A stretch of 61,000 nucleotides of DNA, the filler included, from Sphacelaria rigidula (Eukaryota), in assembly GCA_964200075.2 (NCBI GenBank). It is 8 parts of 8 records of this genome, joined end to end, with 100 filler letters (N's around TTAATTAATTAA, not from the genome) between each part and the next. Parts side by side here need not be neighbours in the genome. Positions count along the whole stretch, not along the records: positions 1 to 7,538 come from CAXNAA020014439.1; positions 7,639 to 15,176 come from CAXNAA020014440.1; 6 more parts are not named here. One strand, written 5' to 3'. Under the pieces are notes generated by a model. It was not told where the DNA came from. It worked only from the letters and a program-made list of their open reading frames with translations, and ran no database searches. Position 1 is the stretch's first letter, and the number at the start of each line of letters is the position of its first letter. Of the stretch, positions 1 to 12,293 are shown piece by piece. The position numbers and the translations under genes are program-made.

Positions 1-501
1 GCATTATAAAGTGGAACTAGTTCTTCTACCATCTTTGAAGGACCGGGTCCGGCCGCCCTTCTGCGTATCTCCCAATTACCCCCCCCCCCCCCCCCCCGCG
101 CCCTTTTGAAGCATTTATTGTTTGAAAAATAGACTAAGTTTTATCTCATGTGGACCAAAACCATGTTGTCATTATCAGTCATTACCCAGACTTCGAATGT
201 TGGTTGGATCTCCGAACAAACATATCCGAGCTGTTCCCCAAACTTCGTTGTAATTTCGACGTTTGGTTTAGCTGCCTCTGCATTGTTATCACGCACTCTA
301 CCGAGCAATAAAATAATGAAGGGGACGCTGTTTTGAAGGTCCCTGGTTCATGGGTATCCCCCCACGCGCCACCCACCCTCAAAGTAGATGATGTTATCAT
401 CAGTCACCCATAGACCGCGTTCTCGCCTCTGAGCAAACTGCACATTTCCACACGACGGTGTGTCGTGTTTGGCCTGTCAAAAAGCAGAGTAAAGTGAGGT
501 T

Positions 502-828
502 AGTTTACCACTTGGTAGGCGTGGAACTTTCTGGGAACTTCATTATCTTGAATAACCCTAACCCTCACCCTAACCCTAACCCTAACCCTAACCCTAACCC
601 TAACCCTCACCCCTACGAAGGCATACCGAGAACCCTCGGGCAAGGGGGGTGGAAAGTGATCCCTAGGCAAAGCGTACCTTGCCAGACCTCAAATCGGCGC
701 CCGCGGCGCCAATATGGATAAAAATGCGTTCTGCGCACGCTGGGAGCACGACCCTCATTAAAGATCCGATTTTCGGTGTCCACCCTAAAACCACGTCAGA
801 AATTTACATGCCTACCAAGTGGTGAACT
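502..828. mobile_element. MITE with ~32-bp terminal inverted repeats carrying an internal (CCCTAA)n tract
   Basis: agtttaccacttggtaggcgtggaactttctg (502-533) is a near reverse complement of cagaaatttacatgcctaccaagtggtgaact (797-828). A related internal sequence recurs on the minus strand at ~16845-17000. Confidence 0.75.
553..612 (+). repeat. Interstitial telomere-like (CCCTAA)n tract with CCCTCA variants
   Basis: About 10 tandem ccctaa/ccctca units read directly. Confidence 0.9.
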
Positions 829-1189
829 CTACTGAGTAGAGTGCTCCCTTACTCCCTTTGTTGAAGACGCCTGGTCCACGTAGCACTCCTCGCGTGTGGG
901 CTGCAAGAGATCGGAGAGGGTAGTGTTTCTCTAGCTGTGGATCGACTCGGTGAAGAACAATCCTACGTACTGCTCATGACCAGCTTAAGCTATCACATGT
1001 TTTGACGAGGAATTCTGCAAGAGTATCGAGCAGCGTGGTCAAGCCAACCAGCGGTGGTAGGCATAGCTCCACGCAGAGCGATCAGTTCCAAGCAGCAGTT
1101 TGAGTTCTCGAAATTATATTGTGCACTTTGCATCTCCACACAGACATATATGTATCACTCTGTGCTTTCCTTGTGTACTTGGTGTGCAG

Positions 1190-1338
1190 GAGCGCGGCTG
1201 TGGAACGCCTCGGTCGCTCTTGGTGTGAAACCGTCAGATTTACTGACTGGGGCGGACACGGCGTCGGTATGCCTGAGCAAGGGGCTCGGGGCGCCGGTGG
1301 GGTCTGTCCTTGTGGGACCTTCCGACTTTATTCACGAG
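1190..1338 (+). CDS. Low-specificity L-threonine aldolase (LtaE/GLY1 family), internal exon
   Basis: cag|...|gt-bounded exon encoding (G)[49 protein letters not shown]. It contains the family GARL.NA motif and the PLP-lysine motif [12 protein letters not shown]. Confidence 0.93.
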
Positions 1339-1771
1339 GTATTGGACGTGGTGCATGAGCTGTCTGTGTATTAATCGATCTTGAACTCTGTTTTGTTTTT
1401 TCATGATGTTCGATATTTCTGCGATTGTTTGGATGCTTTCTGCTGGGAGAAGGAAGACTGAACAACACCAAAGGCAAAGTTTAACTCCTGACCTTTTGTT
1501 TGAGTTTGTAGTGTGACATGTGAGGGATTCTTTTTTCTACGATCAGTCAGAGCAAAACCGTTGTTTTTCCATCTTGTGTCCCCCAAGTGTGTTCTGGAAA
1601 TCACTCTGTGTGCGCTCGTGTGTGACGCAGGGATGTAGTTTGAGTCTGAAGAAGGGTCTGGACGGGGGAATGGAATGAGTCGCAGGCGCAAGTGAAGCCT
1701 CCGCATATTCATCACGTCTCTCCAATGCTATGTTCACAATATGCAGTTTTGTGTGTCTGTATGTGGCGCAG

Positions 1772-1876
1772 GCACGTCGTTTAAGGAAGGGTCTGGGAGG
1801 GGGAATGAGACAGGCCGGGGTCATCGCAGCGGCGGGATTGGAAGCCCTCATCAACAACTACGTACGACTCCGCGAG
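1772..1876 (+). CDS. L-threonine aldolase, next exon
   Basis: cag|...|gttagt, 105 bp, phase 0 with the previous exon. ARRLRKGLGGGMRQAGVIAAAGLEALINNYVRLRE contains the conserved RKxLGGGMRQAG motif. Confidence 0.93.
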
Positions 1877-2964
1877 GTTAGTACACAACGCACACACACA
1901 CGGTTAAGGGACGCGCGTTTTTGCTGCATGCTGTGTGCGCGCAATCGAGAAGCTTGGCTGTGGTTGAGTGGGCAGTTGTGCAATTACGTCACCGTGTTTT
2001 CCTCATGCACATTACAGCTCGTGAAATCACGCATCGACAGACAAGGGAACTGTCGTGGAGGTTGCAAGGGAGAGACTGTTTTCGGCACACCGACCGCACC
2101 GTTCTCATCTGGGCGTATTTCCCTTGAACACTCAGGAGTTCGTCTGACTGGATGGATGATCTGTAGGATACTTATTCGCTTTGATCGAAATGTATTTTTT
2201 TTAGTCAAACGATGCCTTCGAGAAACTGGTCCTCAGCAACTTCTGAAGACCAATTTGTGTGGGACTCGACGTACAAACCGATCAAAACCGCACGTTTCGA
2301 TTCATGATTAACGTATGTCACGGGAAAAGCAAAAGGCCCGGCAGATACTATCACCTTGGAACGACTTATACTACTGTCTGAGAGAGCGCCAGCACACTCG
2401 AGCGGTTTTTGATGCGCGCAGTTTTATGTAGGGTTGAAAATATGAAACGTGTAAAGCCATACACTTATGCTTCCTCCTTCCGACGGTAGTATATCCTGAG
2501 ACGTGGACTTTCATGTGATGAGATCACCAGAAAAATTGAAAAAGAGAACAACACAAGTTCTAGTTTTGTTTTGAGTCGAGGACACAAGAATTAGCTAATA
2601 TCGCCTTTCCGCAAGGACATGGGAGACGACACGCTGTTGTAAGATATCATGTCTCTCGGTGTGCTTGGTCGGCACAGGTGTTGGAAAAATGATATATCCA
2701 TCTATCTCGTGAGTACCTCTGCCGAATATGCAACGAAGTAGCCACGACCCCACCACGAGCGATCTACGATGAAGTCAAGTCTACGAGTAGATGCGATCCT
2801 AAGTGATCACCACTCGCTATCCCACGTACGTTTCAGATCAGTACTCTTCATTTGTCTAGACAAGATGTAGGAAATGGGGAGCAAGGTCAGTATCTTGGGG
2901 TAGTTCAGCAAAATACTACAGTTCTCAGCGCATGGTGTTTGATTCCTCTCCCCCCTCCCTCCCC

Positions 2965-3163
2965 CTCAGTCGCGAAACAGGACGGGGATAAGGTATGTCA
3001 AATGCTTTTGTGCAATGTATGGAAGAAACGTAATGAGCACCTGAATGTTGGAGGTGTCTCTATCAGGAGTAGAAAGGATGCTCCGTCTCGAAAGCGATGC
3101 GTGGTCAATGGTCAAAAGCCTCAGGCAAGCAACGGATGAGTACGCCCCCCCTCCCCCCCTCCC
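2965..3163 (+). mobile_element. 3' end of a non-LTR (LINE-like) retrotransposon with C-rich tail
   Basis: Aligns with 46400-46840 (gtaatgagc..gaatgttg.aggtgtctctatcaggagtag...gcgtggtcaatggtcaaa) and ends atgagtacg followed by poly(C). Confidence 0.65.
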
Positions 3164-6100
3164 CAACGGTGAAAGCTCAAGTCGGCCTCTTGGCTGTCGC
3201 TATGGGAAGCATTTTGTAAATGAGAACGTCATAGTTTTGAACTCAAAAATACATGCATTGGTCGTTCGGTTGCTGGTCGGATATTCAGTGTGATCATCCT
3301 GGAATTTCGATTTCTGCGTATAACCTTCTTTCCTTCCTGAGGCCGTTGCTTCTGTCTTTTTCTGTTTCTTTCCTTCTTGTTTTTTTTCAAATTATTCTGT
3401 TTTTTTTGCTGCTCCTGATCACGGGCTGGATTGTCGCAATCAGCTAATGTGAGATGATCAATCAATCAATCAATCGATAACGGAGGTTTCCAACGGTCGG
3501 ACGAATCATCGATAGCTCGAATCACCAAATCTATGATTTTTGAGGCCTGATTGCTTGGGAGGGGGAGAAAAACGTTGACCGCGTGTCAAGGATTTCCCAC
3601 GCAAAGTTTGGGCTATATATTCCATGTGCCTGGGGTGTGCGTACCAGGAGTTCAACGCTGGAAACGAAGCTCGAGGATTAATTCGAACTGAACGAATCAG
3701 TTAGACACTAGAAGCAAAAGATATTTAGACGAATGGTTTTTTGCATGACCCTTGAAGGTTTATCCTTATTATTGAGGCTCATGTCACCGGATAGAGCCGT
3801 AGAGAGTAAATCCACAGGAACGTGTCGAGCGCAAGGTCTTCTCTTCAGTCTTTCATGGAAATAAAGAAGGTTTGATCGCCAGGTGGGCGTCCTGAAGAGT
3901 ACAAAAAAACATCACAGGCTGTTAAAATTGAAGCGGCAGGAATTTGCCCTACCGAACAGATCCTGAGTAGACAGCTCGCCACTCATGTCGGTATGGATGG
4001 GTGGGGGCAGCAGAAATAGCGTTCTGTACAGTACAGTGCCATAGCCAGGGTGGTGTCTGCTGTCGTTGTACACGCCGCGTGCTCTACTTTGTTGCTTGTT
4101 TTTTTTCCTCAATCGAAGCCGCATGTGCTTGCTATACAGTTACTGTACGAGTAGTATGTATCAGCAAGCACTTTGTAATGCAGTCCAGCTTGGTCTTCCT
4201 CAGAAAATAAACAGAATATTATCAATCCTTTGACCGCCAGGGTGGGTCATATCTGTGCAGTATCACTTGAAACGTGATTGCAAGGTCCAGGTCACTCACC
4301 CTGGCGGCAACAGGGGTAGTCGTTGGAGCTTGCAGTAGGACACGGGTCGTCCTCTATAGCAAGGTGATGTCGTCTGATGCTCGCGGATATCTACAGACAA
4401 AGCTAAAGTAGAGCGCGGCATGCTCTCAGACAGATGGTGGCGTGACGCATACTGCACTGACTGCATCTGAAGTCAGTTCCGCGTCGTTTTTCCATGTCGC
4501 GATGTGTTCAGTACTACTACAGTGACTATACAGCAGGCACATGCGGCTTTGATGTTTCATAAAACAAACAACATGCAGCAGCTTTTATCCACAGTACAAA
4601 GGGAAACAGAAGTAGAGCACCCGGCGTGCACTGCGACCGAAGACACCATCCTGGCTATGCACTGTATGTACTGTATAGAACACTAGCTATGCTCTGCAAG
4701 CAGTCTGTGCATGGTCTATCCACCACGACAGTTTACTGCTCCTTCGCATTAGCCTCTCTCAATATTTCTCGTATTTTTCAGGACACCCACCCGGCGGCCA
4801 CACTTTTTTTTTTCAACGAAAAACTTCAGAAAAAGAGGTTCCGGTCAACACTCCTCAGTGAGTTCTCCACAAATCTACCCGCTAACTCAAGCCTCAATGA
4901 AAAGTTGAACCTCAAGTGTGGGAAACCTCTCTTGAATGGCGTTTTTTGGGAGGGGACAGGAGAAGAAACATGGACGTTTTTTTTTCATGCCCATGTGGAA
5001 ATGTTTCCATGTGGAAGACAACCGCACCTGGTCGTGCGCACCAACATCCGTGTCATGACACGCACCTGATACAACACTTTTGTCAGCTATTCACCAGCAG
5101 TAGTCATGTATTCATTTTTTTTTCGTTATCGCAGAAATGCCGTACGACAGTCATTTTGACGGTGGTTGATGTTCCGAAGCTGGTGATCCGCGGGCTTGCG
5201 CGGATAAAGTGAACCTATAAAAGGAATCCATCGAGCTGCTCAGTACATCCAGTAACATAGCATCGTGCCTACATGCATATTCTGTCGTATTTGCAATCCC
5301 GCCCCTTGCTCGGGACGAGTCTGTCGTCTCACGGAATCGATGCATCTCTCTCCAGGTAATTACCAAATACTTTGTTTTTGAAAATTGAATCAGCGATCCC
5401 ACACCCCATCGGTAACGTGCCCCCCGAAATATCTTGAGCGGGCTATTTTGTTTCCGCGTATGTAGGATGTAGCGCAGGGTGTTTTTTTTTTTTTAATATT
5501 CACATCCTCTCTTATGACTCTGGCAGGATCACGAGAACGCTGAGATTTTGGCGAAGGGACTCGCCGAACTGCCGGGCATACGCGCCGAACGAACGACAAG
5601 CGATACTAACGCGGTGTACTTTCAGGTACAGTATTTACCGAACTTTGAAGAAAGATCTTCGTGATCATCGACAGGCCAAATTTACGATGACAAACAAGGA
5701 AGCTTGCAACATAGAACGAGTCAGGTGTTGAGTCTTGGCTGCCCACATATCGATAACCATGTATCGCAACCGTTAATCAAGTGAACACGATGCTCGTTCG
5801 TCAGATGGTGGGTGCACTCTGCACGATATATTTTGTCTTGTGTTGTCTTGTTTCCTTACTCTTGGTCATCAAGTCACCACTACCCATGGAATGAAGCACC
5901 GCTATCGAACCGACTGCTAACCGTGCATGTGTGTACCACTTGGCTCTCGGAAGGATTGACATTAACGTGTTTCGATATTGGATCGGCTTACCTTGAGATG
6001 TCCACTCTAGCCAACATTCTCGTGAATCACCGACAGCACAAGGATATATATATATATGTATATATATTGTACGCATCGGTATTTATACTACTAGGGACTA

Positions 6101-7538
6101 CCCATGAGTTAACACTGATAATTAACGGTACAGTATGATTGCACCAATCGTGTACAACCGCTTTGCAGACGAAAAGCCATCAGCAAGCTTGTCCCAGTGT
6201 CAGCAAATTGACTGCAATTAAGGCTTTACAGACAGTCCTGTTAATGTATAGTTTGCTTGAATAAGATGCATGCATCGGAGCACCGCACCGCACGCGCACG
6301 ACGAGTTGACTACGTAATGTGAAGACATGGCAGAAACAGACCGCAGAGGACTAACCCCCCCCAGCAGTCGGAAATAGAAAGTGATGACCACACACTACAT
6401 CCACCGGTTTGAGGCTGGACACTTACGGGTTTCATGGACTACTATTATACAGGGAAAAATCATCGGTGCAGCCGCACTACGTCAGTGGTACAGGCAGTAT
6501 TCTGTGTAGTACGTCAAGTGTATATCGCTGAACCTGAAAAAGGGGAATAGGATAACCGGTGCAGCTGCATCACGCCATTAACGCAGACAGTAAAATAGTT
6601 CAAAACGGCATGTCGCTGCAGCCGAGTTGTTGCACCAAATCTATGTAATCTATACTACTACTCACTACTTCGCTGTGCAGTACAAGGTCTGCGCAGTAAA
6701 CAACGGGTCAATACTGCGGAGGGTGTTGACACCCTTCTTTACAGACACATGCAACAGCAAATCGTCGCCGTCGGAACCTAGCTTGATGTTGGAAATATAT
6801 TGCAATGTCTGCTGCGATAATTTTCCAGTTGCTATTCACATTGAAATTTACCAGCATTTCCATGTACTGTGGAAATGTCAGCCGCTGTTCACGGCGACCG
6901 ACAGCAACGTGCCCCGTGTGAGAGAGCAGGGGCAGTCTAAATTTCTACGAGGTGTAAACTGCATTTTTGCAAACGATACTGAACGGAGCGTACATTTTCA
7001 CGCCTTCATTCGCACACTTTCTTGGTAAAAATTATACTTTGTGTGCGGTGAACACTGCCATCGGACGATCAATATGTAGCTCGATCTAAAGAAGAAATGA
7101 AGGCAAAACGCGGACTTCCACCTCTGGTGGTGCTTTAGGCGGGCGCCAATCACACACCGGGTGAGGCTGGGGGCGCTTCGGCGTGGGTTTACGCCCTCGC
7201 CCGGCGGCTGAGCCACGACGAGACCACCACATCTCAATGCATCGCCGATGGCTGCACAACGTTTATACTTGACAGTTGAGTAATGTCTTTTGCCTGAGAG
7301 AAAGACGTGAAAATTGTCTGGGCTGCTGCCACGCCAGGATTTTCATCTCTCGGGTGCTGGCATGCCACTACTTCATATTAATTTGATACAGTATCAGAGG
7401 GTATGTTTTTCATGTCATCTCTCGAGTGCATCTCTTAAGAGCCTGTCTTAACGAAGGGGATAATCCCCTTTTTCAAAATCCCCTTTTTGAAAAACGATCG
7501 CTGATTGGTCGCTGCGATACCGCCCCCCGAAGAAAATA

Positions 7539-7638
7539 NNNNNNNNNNNNNNNNNNNNNNNNNNNNNNNNNNNNNNNNNNNNTTAATTAATTAANNNNNN
7601 NNNNNNNNNNNNNNNNNNNNNNNNNNNNNNNNNNNNNN
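7539..7638. other. Artificial contig-joining linker
   Basis: N44-TTAATTAATTAA-N44, 100 bp, with stops in all six frames. Confidence 0.98.
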
Positions 7639-9579
7639 TGAGTACACCCCCCTCCTCCCCCCCGAAAGAAGATACTTTTGCAGTCAAATGAGAGGTAACA
7701 AGTGACGGCGAGGCTTGCGGATTACCGTACGGGCGAGTTTTGATTCAGGGTAGTCCCAGTCCCTGTTTCTGCCTCGATGGGGTTTCCCCGGTGTGTATAC
7801 TCCAAAGACACGGGCCATGTACTATACATTCTTTCCACGAGGTTTTCAGTATCTCAGAAGTTGACGTGTGCGTGTGTGTGTGTGTGGTCAGTTCAGAGAT
7901 CCATTTGAACGACCATGGACTCTGTTTCGATTCCGAGATTTCGTCCACTCGTGAGTCCCACGAATCGCAGGAATATGGTGTCGGTCAAGTGCTTTCACTT
8001 ATAAGAGACGGGAAGAGCTAAGCAGGGACGTGCACACAGTAGAAGTGACGCAAAATAGACGTTTAAGCTATTATAGCAGTCACCGTGTGTGTGGGTGCGC
8101 GCGCGCATTGGTGTGCGTGTTGGCATCTGCGTACTGGTATGAGCACATGCACTGCACGTGCCATCTCCGCTACGGTGTTATGCCGTGCTATGATGGCGAT
8201 CTGCTGTTTTTCGTGACCGAGTCCGAATACCCCACGACGCGCAGCATACGTGTGGGAACGGCCTTTTTCTCTCCAAAGGTATCGTCTCTTGCCGAAAAAT
8301 TACAGATACCGAATTCTCAAAGACGCGCAGCATATGCGTAGCAACGGCCGTCTCTCCGCAGGCATCGTCTCCTGATTACAAAACAACGATACCGAACCCC
8401 CCTCCAGAACGCGTCCGCTTGGCGCTAAACCGGGGGGCAAGGGGAGTACAATGGATTCATATCGAGAGGTCTGATTGGCAGGAGCAACCGTTTCAATTTT
8501 CCCCCCACCTTTTCCAATAACTTGAATTTTTCCACGACTTCTCCCCCATTGAATGCTGGGAGAAAACCCGAAGCTAGATTTTCAGCGAAATCTGTATTCG
8601 GTCTCAAAATGACAAATTGACGCATCAACGTTACCTGTTGCGGTCGAGACATGCAATTTTCTGCCCCCATTTTTTTTTCGAAAATTTCGGGGGAAAACTG
8701 ACAAGACGCATGAGAGATACCGCGCAAAACCTTCCTTCTTCTTGCCTACGAGACGACGTCGAGGGCGGTGGTGACGACAAAAAGACAGACCGGCCGACCC
8801 GGGTACGCTCTTATACTGCAGACAACTCGCACCTGCTTCTCCAGCAACCATCCCTTCGCTGCATATCCCGCGACACTCTTCCTCTCCGGAGTCGGAGACC
8901 CCTCACGGGTATGGTGGTGAGGGTAGCGCTTGAACGAGTGACTGCTGACTGACTTCAACAATCCCTGTAATGAAATGTACGTATGAGGCGTGGTGATGGG
9001 AGGCTTCGACATCAGACCAATCTGCAGAGCCTAGATAGCACGGTAAGGTGCACACGACCATCAGTAGAGCTTGGATTGCTGCTATTGCCGCTATTTGGCA
9101 GTACATGAGGTGAGGTAACAGGGGTTGCTATAATAAAAAAACCCAACGAACGTCGTCTCTTCTGTTGTGCTTCAAGAGTCCGTGCTCTGTCAAGTGAAGT
9201 AGCTCAACACCGAAATGTACCCTGACCGTTCGAACGGGCTACGTTCGCTCTCCTCTTACCAGAGCGGCGGTGATCACGCGATGGTGTGTGGCGGGTGCAC
9301 TCTCGTGCTGTGCGTGTGAGAGAACCGCAGGTTGGGGATGGGAGGCGGTTATCGCGACAACGCAACCAGGTTCGTCAAACGACAATCAAACTCATGAACA
9401 CACCATATCGGCCTGCAAAAGCAATTAGCCTGAGTGTCCACATCCGGAATGCGGCAAATTCCCACGCGGGTCCCTGTGCGTCGCAAATCTTTGTTCGGTT
9501 GCCGAGTGCGGAGCAACCGCCGTCGGGATTTCGGGACGCGGAGAGTTGTTTGTAAGCACAACCTCGGGGTTTTATTCTA

Positions 9580-9860
9580 AAAAAAACACGCGGGGAAAAT
9601 GAGGAGGTAACGAATCGATTCTTCGGGTGCCTTGCGTGCCGTCGCTACGGGTTTGGGTAGCGGCGCGCGCCGGCTCCATGAGATACAAGGCGAAGGCGGG
9701 GCGCGGAGATGTGTTTGTGAGCGAGCCTTGGGGGTTTGTTTCCTGAAAAAACATGCGGGGCAAATCAGGGGGAACGAATCGATGTTTCGGGTCCCATGGT
9801 TGCCGTCGCCATGGGTTTGGGTAGCGGCGCGCGTCGGCTGCATGAGTTACATGAGGGAAT
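9580..9860. repeat. Diverged tandem duplication, period ~165 bp
   Basis: aaaaaacaYgcgggg.aaat...aacgaatcgat...gccgtcgc..tgggtttgggtagcggcgcgcg occurs twice. Confidence 0.75.
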
Positions 9861-10271
9861 TGGGTAGTCCACACCTGGCCGAGAGAGGTTGGGAGGGCCG
9901 TCTAGAAAAGGTACTTCGGGGGGAAAAATAACAAGAAAAAAAAACAGATCCGGAATACCCCTCTGCAAATCTCGTTCAACCAGGGTAGGGATATGGGCTA
10001 TATGAGGCGAGCATACGTTTTATCCTCTCGCTTCTCGGAAGAAAGAGGCGCAGCACACATCGCTAATCGGTATGCCTGAATAACTCCGAATAGAAAGCAC
10101 TGTTTGTCGCGGGTTGTACCATATTGCGCGATGCTGTGTCAATAGAGTTCCTTCTGGGAGCGAAAACCGCGATGACATACAGGTACCTTCTCTTCAATAA
10201 AACCCTGAAACACTTAAATTGTTTCCTCCCCGCTAGTGCCAGCTTTCAGAGGAGGGAACCATACACACTAT

Positions 10272-10732
10272 CCGGTCGCCCCGGTGGCTCAGTTGGTAAC
10301 CTCGACACCTTCTGCTGGTTGAGATGTGGGGTTCGATTCCCGAAGCGATCTGGGATTTTTTCTTACACCATGCCCAACAGTGGAGAGCGACTATGTCGTG
10401 GGCACACAAACTCGACTTAACCCTTTAACCGCGAGGTTAGTCTTCTGTTAAAATCGGCATCAATTCCAAGTGAAAAAAAGTCTTCATGATCCAGAAAGAC
10501 TAACCTCGCCGTCGAAGAGTTAACGGTTGACGAGGGAAAGGGACTGCTGAAACCCTCTCGCGATAAGAAATAAAGGCAAGCACCGCAGAAAGAAGGTGTA
10601 GTATTAAAAACAAATAAAAAGGAGCTCCTGTGTTGACCTTCCTTGTGTGTGACCCCGGCTGATGCGGCCACATATCCCAAACGGGGTAGGCCGGCGCCCA
10701 GAATAGATGGGACGACAACACAAAACACACAC
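10272..10732 (+). mobile_element. Apparently full-length tRNA-derived SINE interrupted by a TTAA MITE
   Basis: Pol III A box TGGCTCAGTTGG (10285-10296), B box GGTTCGATTCC (10330-10340) and a (CA)-rich 3' tail. Body homologous to 27760-28093, 45827-46083 and 56848-56935; head homologous to 22915-22994. Confidence 0.85.
10421..10519. mobile_element. piggyBac-like MITE (TTAA target duplication) nested in the SINE
   Basis: Flanked by TTAA at 10417-10420 and 10520-10523. TIR ccct.t.accgcgaggttagtctt. Other SINE copies show the empty site. Confidence 0.85.
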
Positions 10733-11264
10733 CATCTTGTGATGGCAAACCATATCGTGAGCTTTCACCACGACGCATGATGACGGGGGAGGTACTCGGG
10801 ACCTCGATACACAAGACAAATGGTACAACCCAACACGAGCAACACCTCTGAGCAGGGTGATTGCGGTAGCTACTGCTGATACTACAGTAGCGTACCGAGG
10901 ACGGGGCTATCAAAGGTGCGCAATCGACGACGTCCATCCAGCACCTACCGGCGGACTCTTGTCGAATCACTACATCTGCGACAACGCACATTAATTCAGG
11001 TGTAAAACTTCTATACCGGTTATACTACCTCTACCGACGACGCGCTTTCACAGGAACGTCTGTGGCGGTGGGTGGGGATTTATAATGATCACACACACAC
11101 TATACAACCTCCGATGCGGTAACATATGCTGCTGTTACTAGAGGCATTCGAGAGGCCTATTGTCGCTTCAAGGTTAAAAACTAAAACCTCGCATTTATCA
11201 TGTTCGTACTTCACCCGTTGTAAAGCGGAGTATTTCGCGGGTGATTTTCGCGAGCTTTGCAGGG

Positions 11265-11395
11265 GGAAAGGGAGGGGGAGGGGAGGGGGGGTGTACTCAT
11301 GATCTAGCATGCACTATAATAGTCATATGACAGTTGACCTCGCATCCTTACAATGCCAGGACGGAGCACGCCAGGTGTTCGCCGGACGTGGCTGG
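11265..11395 (-). repeat. Short dispersed repeat ending in ATGAGTACACCCC plus poly(C)
   Basis: Homologous to 15945-16043 (+) and partly to 11820-11870 (ccctacaaagcc.ggacgga.cacgcc.ggt.ttcgccggac). Confidence 0.65.
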
Positions 11396-12146
11396 TAATT
11401 AATCAAGAAGCGCGAAGCGCCGTGGTGTGCTCGGCGAATCGCATAAAGGGTGAGCTGCATCCCGCCAAGATTGTTCGGGGCATCCTGAATATAATTATTT
11501 TGCATCTGGATCACAGCCTCGAATGAATTGCTTCGTTTTCTGGTATCACCACCTCCAGAGACAGGACTCTTATATACGCTGCCTCCTTGCTATCTCATTA
11601 TGTCAACACTACGTAGTACGATCATCTCCCATGCGCGGAGTTGAGGTTCTTCCACCTCGCTCAAAATGATCTGGCTCAACCACCATAATGGTTACAGTAC
11701 TGCAAAAAAAAAACGCAAGCGCGCAAAAAAAAATCGGTAAACTGGTTGCCTAGGTTACGCCGTGCGTGGCTTGTTTCTACAGGGTCATCGCCAACCGACG
11801 CCAATCCCATAGTAGGGTCCGACCCTACAAAGCCGAGACGGACCACGCCGGGTTTTCGCCGGACGAGCTTTGAGGGGAGGGGGGGGGGGGGGGGGGGGAA
11901 GTATTCGCGTTTCCTGTGGTGGTTACACTCCCACTTTCGGCCGCGGACAAATTTAATTTCTNNNNNNNNNNTGGAGATGGTAGGGCGGTGGTTGCCGGTC
12001 TTCACCCGCCGGGAATGGTCGGGGGTGGTGGGTGACAGCGGTAGGAAGTATTCGCGTTTCCTGTCGGGATTAAAGTCACACTTGCGTCCGCGGACAAATT
12101 TAATTACTCATTCTGAAACAGCGAATGTTTGAAAACTTCAACCACT

Positions 12147-12293
12147 TTACTCGTGGTCCTCTTCTCCATGCCTTCCATCTTTCGCTTTAGTATAACATTC
12201 AGCATTCCTTCTTTCAAGGCATGAATAAAATGCAACAAGGTGTGCACGCCTCCGTTTGAATGCCACCGCACATGCAAATACTACATGTGCTGC
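12147..12293 (-). CDS. Candidate terminal exon of an unidentified protein
   Basis: cag acceptor at 12294-12296; open frame AAHVVFACAVAFKRRRAHLVAFYSCLERRNAECYTKAKDGRHGEEDHE*. Phase-compatible with the candidate exon at 13534-13873. No homology recognised. Confidence 0.35.
   Translation of the reverse strand, partial: AAHVVFACAVAFKRRRAHLVAFYSCLERRNAECYTKAKDGRHGEEDHE

Noticed and set aside
553..612. True telomere
   Set aside because: Short, internal, intronic, and enclosed by MITE TIRs.
10272..10351. Functional tRNA gene
   Set aside because: It continues into a multicopy SINE body, and no proper acceptor stem or terminator is seen.
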